Assembly (NCBI GenBank): GCA_002418835.1
Contig: DIEX01000031.1
Location: 137,617-201,616, forward strand
From: Spirochaetia bacterium UBA5763
Lineage (GTDB): Bacteria; Spirochaetota; UBA4802; UBA5550
DNA: 64,000 bases
Direction of reading: 5' to 3'
Part shown: one piece after another, positions 46,253 to 54,819 of the stretch
Layout of the letters: each line of letters opens with the position of its first letter
Numbering within the stretch: position 1 is the first letter of the stretch
Made by a program: the position numbers and the translations under genes
The notes under the pieces: generated by a model
Seen by the model: the letters and a program-made list of their open reading frames with translations, nothing else
The model's database searches: none
Told to the model about the DNA's origin: nothing

Positions 46253-47758
46253 ATGTTCAGATTAAAACAATCAGCCGTTAAACCGGCTTTTATCGTAATG
46301 TTTTTTTTAATTATTACAGGGGCCGCATACAGTGTAAGCGGAGCTCTCTCTTCAAGAGGTCCGGTGAATAATTCGTACAGCGGAAAACCGGCAAAATATG
46401 TATTTCTTTTTATCGGTGACGGGATGGGGCTCCCTCAGGTCTCAAGCGCGGAGATATTCGCCGGTTCCATGAAGGGTGGAAAGTATCCCGATGCTCCCAG
46501 GTCTCTATCGTTTACATCATTCGGCGCACAGGGTATAACAACAACCCACGACGCCAGTTCATTTATTACAGATTCAGCTTCCTCCGGAACTGCAATTGCA
46601 ACCGGTAATAAAACTCTGAATGGCGTAATATCAATGGATGTCGCAAAAAAGAATAAGCTGAAGTCAATTGCCACAATGGCTAAAGAGAAAGGGATGAAGG
46701 TCGGTATTATTTCTTCTGTTTCAATTGATCACGCGACCCCTGCGGTTTTTTATTCTAATGTGCCCTCAAGAAAGATGATGTATGAGATAGGCCTTCAGAT
46801 GTTTGACAGCGGGTTTGACTATTTTGCCGGGGGATCTGTTGTTGATCCGGACGGGAAAAAAAGCAAGATGGAAAATAAACCGGGTAATCTTTTTGATTAT
46901 GCAAAAAATAAGGGTTATAAAATTGTTAAGAGTAAAAGCGAATTTTCGCGTCTTAAAAGCGGCAACGGCAAAGTCTGGGCAATAACTGAACAGGTTGCAG
47001 ATGATTCAGCAATGCTTTATGAAATAGACAGAAGTTCCAGTGTACTTTCTCTTAAAGATTTTACAAAAAAGGGGATAGAGCTTCTTGATAACGAAAAAGG
47101 CTTTTTCATGATGGTTGAAGGTGGAAAGATCGACTGGGCCTGCCATGCAAATGACGGCATGAGCGCCATAAAGGATGTATATGCCTTTGACGATGCTGTA
47201 AGGGAAGCAGTTGCCTTCGCTAAAAACCACCCTGATGAAACACTTATAGTTGTTACAGGTGACCATGAATGCGGCGGCATGACTGTGGGATTTGCAGGTA
47301 CAAAGTATGACACTTTTTTTCAGAAGCTTAAGAAACAGAATATGTCATACATAAAGTTTGATGAAACGCTTGATGAAATCAAAAAGAAAAATAGTGAACT
47401 GAAGTTTGATGAAGTTGTAAATCTTGTTTCAAAACACTTCGGCCTCAATACTGACAAAAATGATAAAGAGATGGGACTCACCGATTATGAAATGCAGCTT
47501 CTTAAAGATGCATTTGCACAGGTGAATAATAAAGAGAAGAGTGATTCCCTGTATCTTCTTTATGGAGAGTATAATCCCCTCTCTGTTACTGTAACTCATA
47601 TCTTAAACAGAAAAGCCGGTATAGGCTGGACATCTTATTCACATACCGGGGTTCCCGTGCCCACTTATGCTAAAGGTACCGGGGAGGAGATTTTTGACGG
47701 CTATTATGACAATACTGATATTTTTAAAAAACTTACCGCTGTTATGAATCTGCAATAG
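46253..47758 (+). CDS. phoA: alkaline phosphatase (PhoA family)
   Basis: FIGDGMG metal-site motif, TDSASSGTA active-site serine region, GDHE near C-terminus; ORF track starts 46241 but ATG 46253 has GGAGGA RBS. Confidence 0.85.
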   Translation: MFRLKQSAVKPAFIVMFFLIITGAAYSVSGALSSRGPVNNSYSGKPAKYVFLFIGDGMGLPQVSSAEIFAGSMKGGKYPDAPRSLSFTSFGAQGITTTHDASSFITDSASSGTAIATGNKTLNGVISMDVAKKNKLKSIATMAKEKGMKVGIISSVSIDHATPAVFYSNVPSRKMMYEIGLQMFDSGFDYFAGGSVVDPDGKKSKMENKPGNLFDYAKNKGYKIVKSKSEFSRLKSGNGKVWAITEQVADDSAMLYEIDRSSSVLSLKDFTKKGIELLDNEKGFFMMVEGGKIDWACHANDGMSAIKDVYAFDDAVREAVAFAKNHPDETLIVVTGDHECGGMTVGFAGTKYDTFFQKLKKQNMSYIKFDETLDEIKKKNSELKFDEVVNLVSKHFGLNTDKNDKEMGLTDYEMQLLKDAFAQVNNKEKSDSLYLLYGEYNPLSVTVTHILNRKAGIGWTSYSHTGVPVPTYAKGTGEEIFDGYYDNTDIFKKLTAVMNLQ

Positions 47759-47771
47759 CAAATAGTATTTA

Positions 47772-47818
47772 CCCTTTCGGAGCCGGAATTATTTAAAAGC
47801 TTCGAAAGGGATTTTTTT
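47772..47818 (+). terminator. candidate terminator after phoA
   Basis: CCCTTTCG-23 nt loop-CGAAAGGG followed by ATTTTTTT. Confidence 0.4.
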
Positions 47819-47831
47819 AAGGCAGAATAAA

Positions 47832-49022
47832 ATGAAATTTAAAAATTATATACACTACCTCCTGAATGAAAAAATTCAGAAATCAGAAGTTGTATTCGTA
47901 CTTGCATCTCTGGTGGTCACTGCGGCATTATTCATGATGCCCACAGGATTTGAAAAAGCTCTGGTTGATGATGCTCACCCTGCTAAAGCTGTTGTACTTG
48001 AGGTGGATAACAGCGGTCTTCATACAATAGGAATTGTTCATACCGGGGAACAGACACTGGATATTAAAATTGTATCCGGTGAGTTTTCAGGGATGGAGTT
48101 TAATACTGTTAATCATCTCATAGGGAAGATGGATCTTGATAAAATATACAAGCCGGGTGAGACTGTATATTCAGTTATACAGGTGGATAATGGGCAGCCG
48201 TCTGGAGTAATGGTTATCGACAGGTATAGAATAAATTATCAGTGGGTTCTTTTTACGATGTTTATGCTGCTTCTTATTTTTTACGCGGGATGGGTAGGTG
48301 TTAAAGCTTTAGTTTCTTTCGCTTTCTCAGCGGTTTTTATATGGAAGGTACTTCTCCCCGGATACCTGAATAACCTCCCCCCTGTAATGCTCTCTCTCTT
48401 TGTTGTAACTGTTATGACAGGCGTTATAATTTTTCTTGTTGCCGGTTTCAACAGAAAGGGGGTGACAGCTTTTTTAGGAGCTTTTTCCGGTGTGTTATTA
48501 ACATGTGTACTTTCTATTATATTCGGTGCATTGTTTAAAATTCCGGGTGAGATCAAGCCCTTTGCTGAAACTCTGCTTTATACCGGATTTCTCGACCTCA
48601 GGCTCTCAGACATCTTCTTAAGCGGAATATTTATTGCCTCTTCAGGAGCAATTATGGATATTACAACTGACATTGCCGCATCTCAGGATGAGGTGGTGCG
48701 AAAACATCCCGGGATATCGCGGCTGGACCTGATTATATCGGGATTCAGGGTGGGGAGGACTGTAATCGGCACAATGACGACAACTCTTCTTCTGGCGTAT
48801 TCCGGCGGTTATTCCACAATGCTTATGATGTTTATTGCACAGGGTGTGCCGTATACCAATATTCTGAATATACAGTATGTATCCGCTGAGATACTGAATG
48901 TACTTGTGGGGAGCTTCGGACTTGTTGCAGTAGCGCCGCTCACTGCGATAATCGGAGGTGTTATATACACAACCGCTCCGCATTCACCGGACTCCGATAA
49001 AAAATTAACAGAAATTTTATGA
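47832..49022 (+). CDS. YibE/F-family integral membrane protein
   Basis: 396 aa; N-terminal TM, soluble domain, then 6-7 TM helices; overall pattern matches YibE/F family. Confidence 0.6.
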   Translation: MKFKNYIHYLLNEKIQKSEVVFVLASLVVTAALFMMPTGFEKALVDDAHPAKAVVLEVDNSGLHTIGIVHTGEQTLDIKIVSGEFSGMEFNTVNHLIGKMDLDKIYKPGETVYSVIQVDNGQPSGVMVIDRYRINYQWVLFTMFMLLLIFYAGWVGVKALVSFAFSAVFIWKVLLPGYLNNLPPVMLSLFVVTVMTGVIIFLVAGFNRKGVTAFLGAFSGVLLTCVLSIIFGALFKIPGEIKPFAETLLYTGFLDLRLSDIFLSGIFIASSGAIMDITTDIAASQDEVVRKHPGISRLDLIISGFRVGRTVIGTMTTTLLLAYSGGYSTMLMMFIAQGVPYTNILNIQYVSAEILNVLVGSFGLVAVAPLTAIIGGVIYTTAPHSPDSDKKLTEIL

Positions 49023-49111
49023 AAAACCTACACGGCTTTACACATATAAAACATAACTGATTTTAAATACTGCCTGGGTTATAGCATTTTACTTTTGCAT
49101 TAGTTCCATCT

Positions 49112-49195
49112 TTGTCATTCCTGCGGAGGCAGGAATCTCATGGGATATTTTTTATGAGATACCGGCATTCCGCTGCGCTTCAGCCGGTATGACAA
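49112..49195. repeat. structured intergenic repeat, copy 5 (short form)
   Basis: TTGTCATTCCTGCGGAGGCAGGAATCTCAT..ATGAGATACCGGCATTCCGC..CAGCCGGTATGACAA; shares 3' module with copy 1. Confidence 0.75.
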
Positions 49196-49250
49196 TGCAC
49201 TAATCATTTCGTAAATTGCTATAAGTAAAAATTATTTGTCAGGTAGTATA

Positions 49251-50969
49251 ATGAAAAAGTTCTGGATACGAATCGGCTTAAGAAGCAAGATAATGATCAT
49301 GGGCACCGCATCTCTCCTCTTTTTTGTTACTGTGACTCTCTTATTCTTTATCCCTTCAATAAAAACTGACAGCCTTAATAAAAAGCGCAATGCTCTCAGG
49401 GATACTGTTGAAATATCAATAAGCCTCATGGATGCGCTTAAGTTTGAATCTGAAAATGGAAGGATGAGCGAAGATGAAGCAGCTAACAAAGCTGTTTATT
49501 ATACAGGGAAGTTCAGGTATGGCGCTGAGAAGATGGACACCGTATGGCTTATCAATGGAGAAGGAGTTATATTTTCAATGCCCTTCAGGGAGCATCTTGT
49601 TGGTAAAAATATCTCCTCACTTGCAAAACCGGGGGAGAGAAATGTTTATAAAGAGATGCTCGATCTCTGCAAAAAGCACGGCGATGGATTCATCGAATAT
49701 AAAGCTCAATATAAATCTGAAGCAACAAAAATTGTCCCTGTCATATCTTATGTTAAATTCTATGAACCGTATAATCTGGTAGCTGGTGCCTCTATATACA
49801 TTGAAGATATAAGAAATGAAATTTTCATTTTATACGTTAAAGTAATAAGTGCAACACTGATTATCTCTGTACTTTCACTGGTGCTTCTTTTTATAGCTTC
49901 AGGGAGAATAGTTAAACCGCTCAGAAAGATTGCTGATGGTATATCTGATGGTGATCTGAATACTGTGTTAATCACTGAACTTGAGGATGAAGTGGGGCTC
50001 CTTGTGGGGAGGTTCAACGCCTTTACCGGCAGTATTAAAGAGATCGTTATTGAGATAAAAGATACAACTTCTAAACTCGCGGAGTCATCAGAGGAACTCT
50101 CCTCTCTCTCTGAATCATTCGCAGGGCAGTCGGAAGAACAGAACAGGTACTCCGCTGAAGTTTCGCGCACTGTTGCAGATATAACCCATGAAGTTGAAAC
50201 AATAGCTTCGCAGATCGACGTTGAGTTTGAGAAGATGAGTCATCTTATTGATATACTCAATACACTGTCAGACATTATAGATCGTCTTGATAAGAGCGCA
50301 TCAGGTGCCCTTGATACAATCAGTAGTATTTCAGGGAGAGCAATGGACGGTGAGTCATCTCTGCGCAGGATGCTGGAGAGCTTTTCACGCATCGGGAAAC
50401 GTTCAGGCGACATGAATGAGATTGTAACCATGATTAATTCAATCTCAGACAATATAAATCTTCTATCGCTTAATGCCGCAATTGAGGCTGCAAGGGCCGG
50501 TAACGCGGGGCGCGGATTTGCTGTTGTTGCAGATGAAATATCAAAACTCGCTGACGCCACCTCCCGGAGTATAAACAGGATAAGCAGTATAATAACTGAT
50601 AATGATAAGGAACTGAAAGAAGGCTTCGGCCATGTTGAAAACACTGTGAAAAATATTGAAGCGATACTTGAAGGTTTCACCGGTGTGCGTCAGTGGATCG
50701 AGGAGTTCTCTTCTCAGATTAAAGATCAGATAGGTACAAAGGAGAGTATCCAGGTTGAGGTGCGGGAGATCCGTGACATGTCTGACATGATACGAAAAAC
50801 CACGCGCGACCAGAAAGACTCGGTGCAGGAGATCAATAAACTTATGGAGAGCATCAATGAAGGGACTGAGGCAATCAGTGCAGGGTCCGAGGAGCTTGCT
50901 ACAGGAGCAGGGGAGGTGACATCAATGGCAGAGGGGTTGAGAGAAAAGGTCGCGGTGTTTAAAGTATAA
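49251..50969 (+). CDS. methyl-accepting chemotaxis protein with sCache_2-like sensor
   Basis: TM, periplasmic domain ([11 protein letters not shown]...[21 protein letters not shown]), TM, HAMP, MCP signalling domain ([26 protein letters not shown]); ATG 49251 preferred over 49236. Confidence 0.85.
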   Translation: MKKFWIRIGLRSKIMIMGTASLLFFVTVTLLFFIPSIKTDSLNKKRNALRDTVEISISLMDALKFESENGRMSEDEAANKAVYYTGKFRYGAEKMDTVWLINGEGVIFSMPFREHLVGKNISSLAKPGERNVYKEMLDLCKKHGDGFIEYKAQYKSEATKIVPVISYVKFYEPYNLVAGASIYIEDIRNEIFILYVKVISATLIISVLSLVLLFIASGRIVKPLRKIADGISDGDLNTVLITELEDEVGLLVGRFNAFTGSIKEIVIEIKDTTSKLAESSEELSSLSESFAGQSEEQNRYSAEVSRTVADITHEVETIASQIDVEFEKMSHLIDILNTLSDIIDRLDKSASGALDTISSISGRAMDGESSLRRMLESFSRIGKRSGDMNEIVTMINSISDNINLLSLNAAIEAARAGNAGRGFAVVADEISKLADATSRSINRISSIITDNDKELKEGFGHVENTVKNIEAILEGFTGVRQWIEEFSSQIKDQIGTKESIQVEVREIRDMSDMIRKTTRDQKDSVQEINKLMESINEGTEAISAGSEELATGAGEVTSMAEGLREKVAVFKV

Positions 50970-51057
50970 ACTTCACCATTATTTGATAATTACCTTATTA
51001 AAAATTGACGCTGTTATAGCACATTATAAGTGAAAAAAATGAAAAGGGAGTAAAGAA

Positions 51058-51420
51058 TTGAATTACACAATCAGCACAATGAAGGATTATATTCTGCTTC
51101 AGGTGTACGGAGAAGTTGACCGTGTGGATGTATTGACAGCGGCATCAGTTGTAAGAGATCTTGATATAAGTCATCCCGAAACCGTGGTGCTCGATGTTGA
51201 CGGCCTTGAAGACGCAAGAGAGATGTTTTATCATGCCGCGATTATCAATACGATAAAAAAGGAGATAGAACATCGGGGCGGTTTATTCAGGATACGGGCT
51301 GAAAAGAAATCAATCAGAAGCTACCTCAGCATGACCGGCCTTGAGAGACTTTTTGTCTTTGATGAACCGCGGATAATGCCTTCTGAAGAGGGGGAATCAT
51401 TTGAACTCCAGAGATGTTGA
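51058..51420 (+). CDS. STAS-domain protein (anti-sigma-factor antagonist-like)
   Basis: 120 aa; SpoIIAA-like pattern (LDVDGLEDAREMFYHAAIINTIKKEIEHRGGLFRI...MTGLERLF); TTG start in ORF track, alternative ATG at 51079. Confidence 0.55.
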   Translation: MNYTISTMKDYILLQVYGEVDRVDVLTAASVVRDLDISHPETVVLDVDGLEDAREMFYHAAIINTIKKEIEHRGGLFRIRAEKKSIRSYLSMTGLERLFVFDEPRIMPSEEGESFELQRC

Positions 51421-52129
51421 TCTGCTTCAGGATGGTATATTCAGAATACGGGGCAGAAGCAGAGGGAGCCATAGTTACGTAATACGCGGCAGCAAAGGGA
51501 ATATGCTTATAGATTCAGGGCTTGACAGCAATTTCCCCGGCCTCAAGGAATCGCTTCACAGCATCAACATGAAGGTCCGTGACATCGACATCGTTGTAAA
51601 TACACATGAACACTTTGACCACATAGGCGCCAACCGTTACTTTCAGGACAGTTCAATAATTGCAGCACACAGATTCGCGGCCAACAAGATGTCCTTTGAT
51701 GACAGGTATGTGACGCTCTATAAATCCGGTGATGCAAATGATATAAGGCTCCATGTGCACCTCTGGCTTGAGAGCCGCAGCAGGCTCGACCTGGGAAGTT
51801 TCACTTTTGATGTTCTTCATACGCCCGGGCATACCTCCGGATCAATATGTATATATGACCCGGAGCGCAGAATCCTCTTTACCGGCGATACACTCTTCGC
51901 AGGTGGTGTGCTCCCTGTAATAGCGGAGTCAGGGAGTACAGGGGATTATATCAATTCACTGAAATCTCTACAGACAAGGATGATTAATGAAGTCTATCCG
52001 GGACATGGTGAGGTCTCAACTGATCCGCAGGGGGACATTCAGATATCCATTGAAAAAGCCTTTAAACTTCTGGAGTCAGGTGCTGCCGGAGAAAAAGAGA
52101 GAGGCGGAGCTGCCGCATCTGACTACTGA
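51401..52129 (+). CDS. MBL-fold metallo-hydrolase
   Basis: 242 aa; HEHFDH (HxHxDH) motif, later HTPGHT; overlaps STAS gene by 20 nt. Confidence 0.8.
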   Translation: MNSRDVDLLQDGIFRIRGRSRGSHSYVIRGSKGNMLIDSGLDSNFPGLKESLHSINMKVRDIDIVVNTHEHFDHIGANRYFQDSSIIAAHRFAANKMSFDDRYVTLYKSGDANDIRLHVHLWLESRSRLDLGSFTFDVLHTPGHTSGSICIYDPERRILFTGDTLFAGGVLPVIAESGSTGDYINSLKSLQTRMINEVYPGHGEVSTDPQGDIQISIEKAFKLLESGAAGEKERGGAAASDY

Positions 52130-52207
52130 ACCGGATCAATCAGTTGTTCCCTGATTAAACGAAATTTCCCTCCATCCCTGCGGCTGCTTTCCCGGAACGG
52201 GAATTCT

Positions 52208-52231
52208 AAAAAAGCCCCCTTTCCAAGGGGG
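52208..52231 (-). terminator. rho-independent terminator for HEPN-MNT operon
   Basis: on minus strand CCCCCTT-gga-AAGGGGG followed by CTTTTTT. Confidence 0.55.
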
Positions 52232-52420
52232 TAGCCTGTCATCAGGCGGGGGATCGTTCAGTTCAGACTGCCAAAAAATATCTTATTATCCTGATTTATG
52301 AAGTAATTATCTCTTCCGGAGATGGAACGCCGACTCTTTCAGAGGGAAGTTCCCCTCTGAAAGAGGAATCGCGGGCTCATTAAATAAAAAGCCTATTGTT
52401 TAACAGACAGGGGGTGATGT

Positions 52421-52741
52421 TTAATTTGTAATTTCGATTCCATTTGTTTTAATCTCCCATACAAGCGGATCTGCTTCTGTAAACTGATCAGTCCTATAGG
52501 GTGCAGGTTCAATTCGATCGTCAATAGCGTTTAAGATTTTTAAGATTCTCAACCTTTCCTGGTAACGGTCTTCAGAAAAATCATCAGATATAAAGGCCAG
52601 ATCTATGTCGCTCCATTCGTGTTCGGAACCTGTTGCATATGAACCGAATAAATAAGCCTGTTTAATTGAAATATTGTTTTCATGAAGCAGTTTAATAGAT
52701 TTACGGACTTTAGCTATTATTTCATTATTGATATGAGCCAT
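52421..52741 (-). CDS. minimal nucleotidyltransferase (MNT, MntA-like antitoxin)
   Basis: 106 aa; GSYATGSEHEWSDIDLAF matches Pol-beta NTase GS...D.D motif. Confidence 0.8.
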   Translation of the reverse strand: MAHINNEIIAKVRKSIKLLHENNISIKQAYLFGSYATGSEHEWSDIDLAFISDDFSEDRYQERLRILKILNAIDDRIEPAPYRTDQFTEADPLVWEIKTNGIEITN

Positions 52742-53130
52742 TGATAGAATCCTCTAATTTCTGTGATCTCTTTTTCAGTAAAATCCCGCGTGCATAACCT
52801 GCGGAAGCTTTGTTTGATATCCGGATAACGAGCTTCTATGTTGAAGGTGCTTATTTTAATCAGGCTCTCCCTTTGTTCCTGTGATAATTCAAGTCCTGCG
52901 GATTGAGCGAGCCTTTCAAGATTATGAATCATTGGAGCGTGTTTTTTCAGTTGTCTGACATAGTATGCTTTGAGCAGCTTTTCAAGGGCAAGGTGCCCGA
53001 AGAATAAAGAGTAGGAATAATCTTCCTTTTCAAAAAGATCTCCGGTTACCTTTAAGTCATTTTTCGCTTCTTCAAGCCAGTAAGCTGTAACAGCCATCCA
53101 GTCAATATTATCAGTCAAAAGAAACTCCAC
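52717..53130 (-). CDS. HEPN-domain protein (HepT-like toxin)
   Basis: 137 aa; R-x4-H motif (VRQLKKH); overlaps MNT gene by 25 nt. Confidence 0.75.
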   Translation of the reverse strand: MEFLLTDNIDWMAVTAYWLEEAKNDLKVTGDLFEKEDYSYSLFFGHLALEKLLKAYYVRQLKKHAPMIHNLERLAQSAGLELSQEQRESLIKISTFNIEARYPDIKQSFRRLCTRDFTEKEITEIRGFYQWLISIMK

Positions 53131-53202
53131 AATAAATATAATAATATAAAATATAACTGTATCGAAGTCTCTGTCAAGTTGAAAAAAAGATTCCTGAACT
53201 CT

Positions 53203-54819
53203 CTACAGCTCCCCGATCCTCAGAACAACAGTTGCCTCGTAAGGCGCAAGTGTCATAGACAGAGATGTGAAGTGCTCACGTACAGTGCGGTGTGTTGAGA
53301 ACATCACTCTCCACTGTCCCCTGCCGCCCGCGTGAACAGATCTTTCTTTGCCCGAGAAATTAAGAACAATAAAAAAAAGTTCATCCTCATAACTGCGGAA
53401 ATAACCAAGAGTGTTGTTAAAGCCCTTAAGTTCCGGAATGAATTCACCTTCGCTTAATGCCCTGTGTTTCTTCCTCAGCTGGATGAGCGATCTGTATAGA
53501 TTGAGCATTGAATACCTGTCAGCAGTCTCCGCTTTTACATTGAGTTTTTTGTAATCGCTGTCAACAGGGAGCCAGGGCCTCCCTTTGGTGAACCCTGCGT
53601 GCTCTTTACTGTTCCATAACATCGGTGTGCGTGAGCAGTCACGCCCTCTGTACACAGGCCAGTATCTCTTCCCCAGCGGATCAACAATCTCGCTCCTGCT
53701 TAACCGCGTATTCTTCATACCCAGCTCCTCGCCGTAGTAGAGAAAAGGTGTCCCCTTTATTGTAAGGAGAAACACCGCAGCCAAGCGCGCCCGCTTCTCA
53801 GAGTCAGCTCCGCCGAGAAACCTGCTCCTGCTGCGGGGCTGGTCGTGGTTTGAAAGCACATTACAGGGCCATCCGTTCTCAGGCATTGCCCTGTACCAGT
53901 TTCTGATGCAGCTATAAAAACGTCTTGCGCTCCAGAGCCTGTACATGATGGAAAAATCAAAAGCCATATGCAGCTCGTCAGTACCGTTCCCCATGAACGA
54001 AGCAGCAAGCTCCGGGTTCCCCGGCGGCAGAGTGAATACTTCACCAACTGTCATCCGCGCGTCATATTCATCAGCAGCAGATCGGAGTTCCCTGAGATAT
54101 TCATGAACCTCCGGGCGGTTCCGGTCGTATTTATGCTTTTCAGGATCAAGTGGTTTAATAGTGAATGGATTGCTGCGGAATTTATCATCTTTTACAAACC
54201 AGTTAACAACATCGAGCCTGAAGCCGTCAACACCACGATTGAGCCAGAACCGCATCATCTTATGTATCGATTTTCTCATGTCCGGGTTGCGCCAGTTCAG
54301 GTCAGGCTGCTCCTTCAGAAAAGAATGAAGGTAATACTGCTCAGTGCGCGGGTCCCACTCCCATGCACTGCCGCCGAATGCCGACTTCCAGTTATTGGGG
54401 GCTTTTCCGTTTACAGGATCGTGCCAGATATACCAGTTGCGCCTGCGGTTGTCCCGCGATGACCGTGATTCAATAAACCATTTGTGCAGATGTGATGTAT
54501 GGTTAACCACAAGATCCATTATAATCTTTATACCCCGTGAATGCGCTCCGGCGATAAGCCTGTCAAAGTCATTAAGAGTCCCGTAGCATGTATCAATATC
54601 GTAGTAGTCAGATATATCGTAACCGAAGTCATACATCGGTGAAGGATTAACAGGGGAGAGCCACACAGCATCAACTCCGAGCCATGAGAGGTAATCGAGT
54701 TTTTCAATAATCCCCGGTATATCCCCAACGCCGTCGCCATTGCTGTCATAAAAACTCCGGGGATAGACCTGATAGATTACACCTCTCTTCCACCACGGTG
54801 CGGCAGACATTTTAAGCAA
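53203..54819 (-). CDS. GH13 alpha-glucosidase / oligo-1,6-glucosidase-family enzyme
   Basis: 538 aa; GVDAVWLSPV, DFGYDISDY, GFRLDVVNW (nucleophile Asp), VGEV, LSNHDQPR conserved regions of GH13. Confidence 0.85.
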   Translation of the reverse strand: MLKMSAAPWWKRGVIYQVYPRSFYDSNGDGVGDIPGIIEKLDYLSWLGVDAVWLSPVNPSPMYDFGYDISDYYDIDTCYGTLNDFDRLIAGAHSRGIKIIMDLVVNHTSHLHKWFIESRSSRDNRRRNWYIWHDPVNGKAPNNWKSAFGGSAWEWDPRTEQYYLHSFLKEQPDLNWRNPDMRKSIHKMMRFWLNRGVDGFRLDVVNWFVKDDKFRSNPFTIKPLDPEKHKYDRNRPEVHEYLRELRSAADEYDARMTVGEVFTLPPGNPELAASFMGNGTDELHMAFDFSIMYRLWSARRFYSCIRNWYRAMPENGWPCNVLSNHDQPRSRSRFLGGADSEKRARLAAVFLLTIKGTPFLYYGEELGMKNTRLSRSEIVDPLGKRYWPVYRGRDCSRTPMLWNSKEHAGFTKGRPWLPVDSDYKKLNVKAETADRYSMLNLYRSLIQLRKKHRALSEGEFIPELKGFNNTLGYFRSYEDELFFIVLNFSGKERSVHAGGRGQWRVMFSTHRTVREHFTSLSMTLAPYEATVVLRIGEL

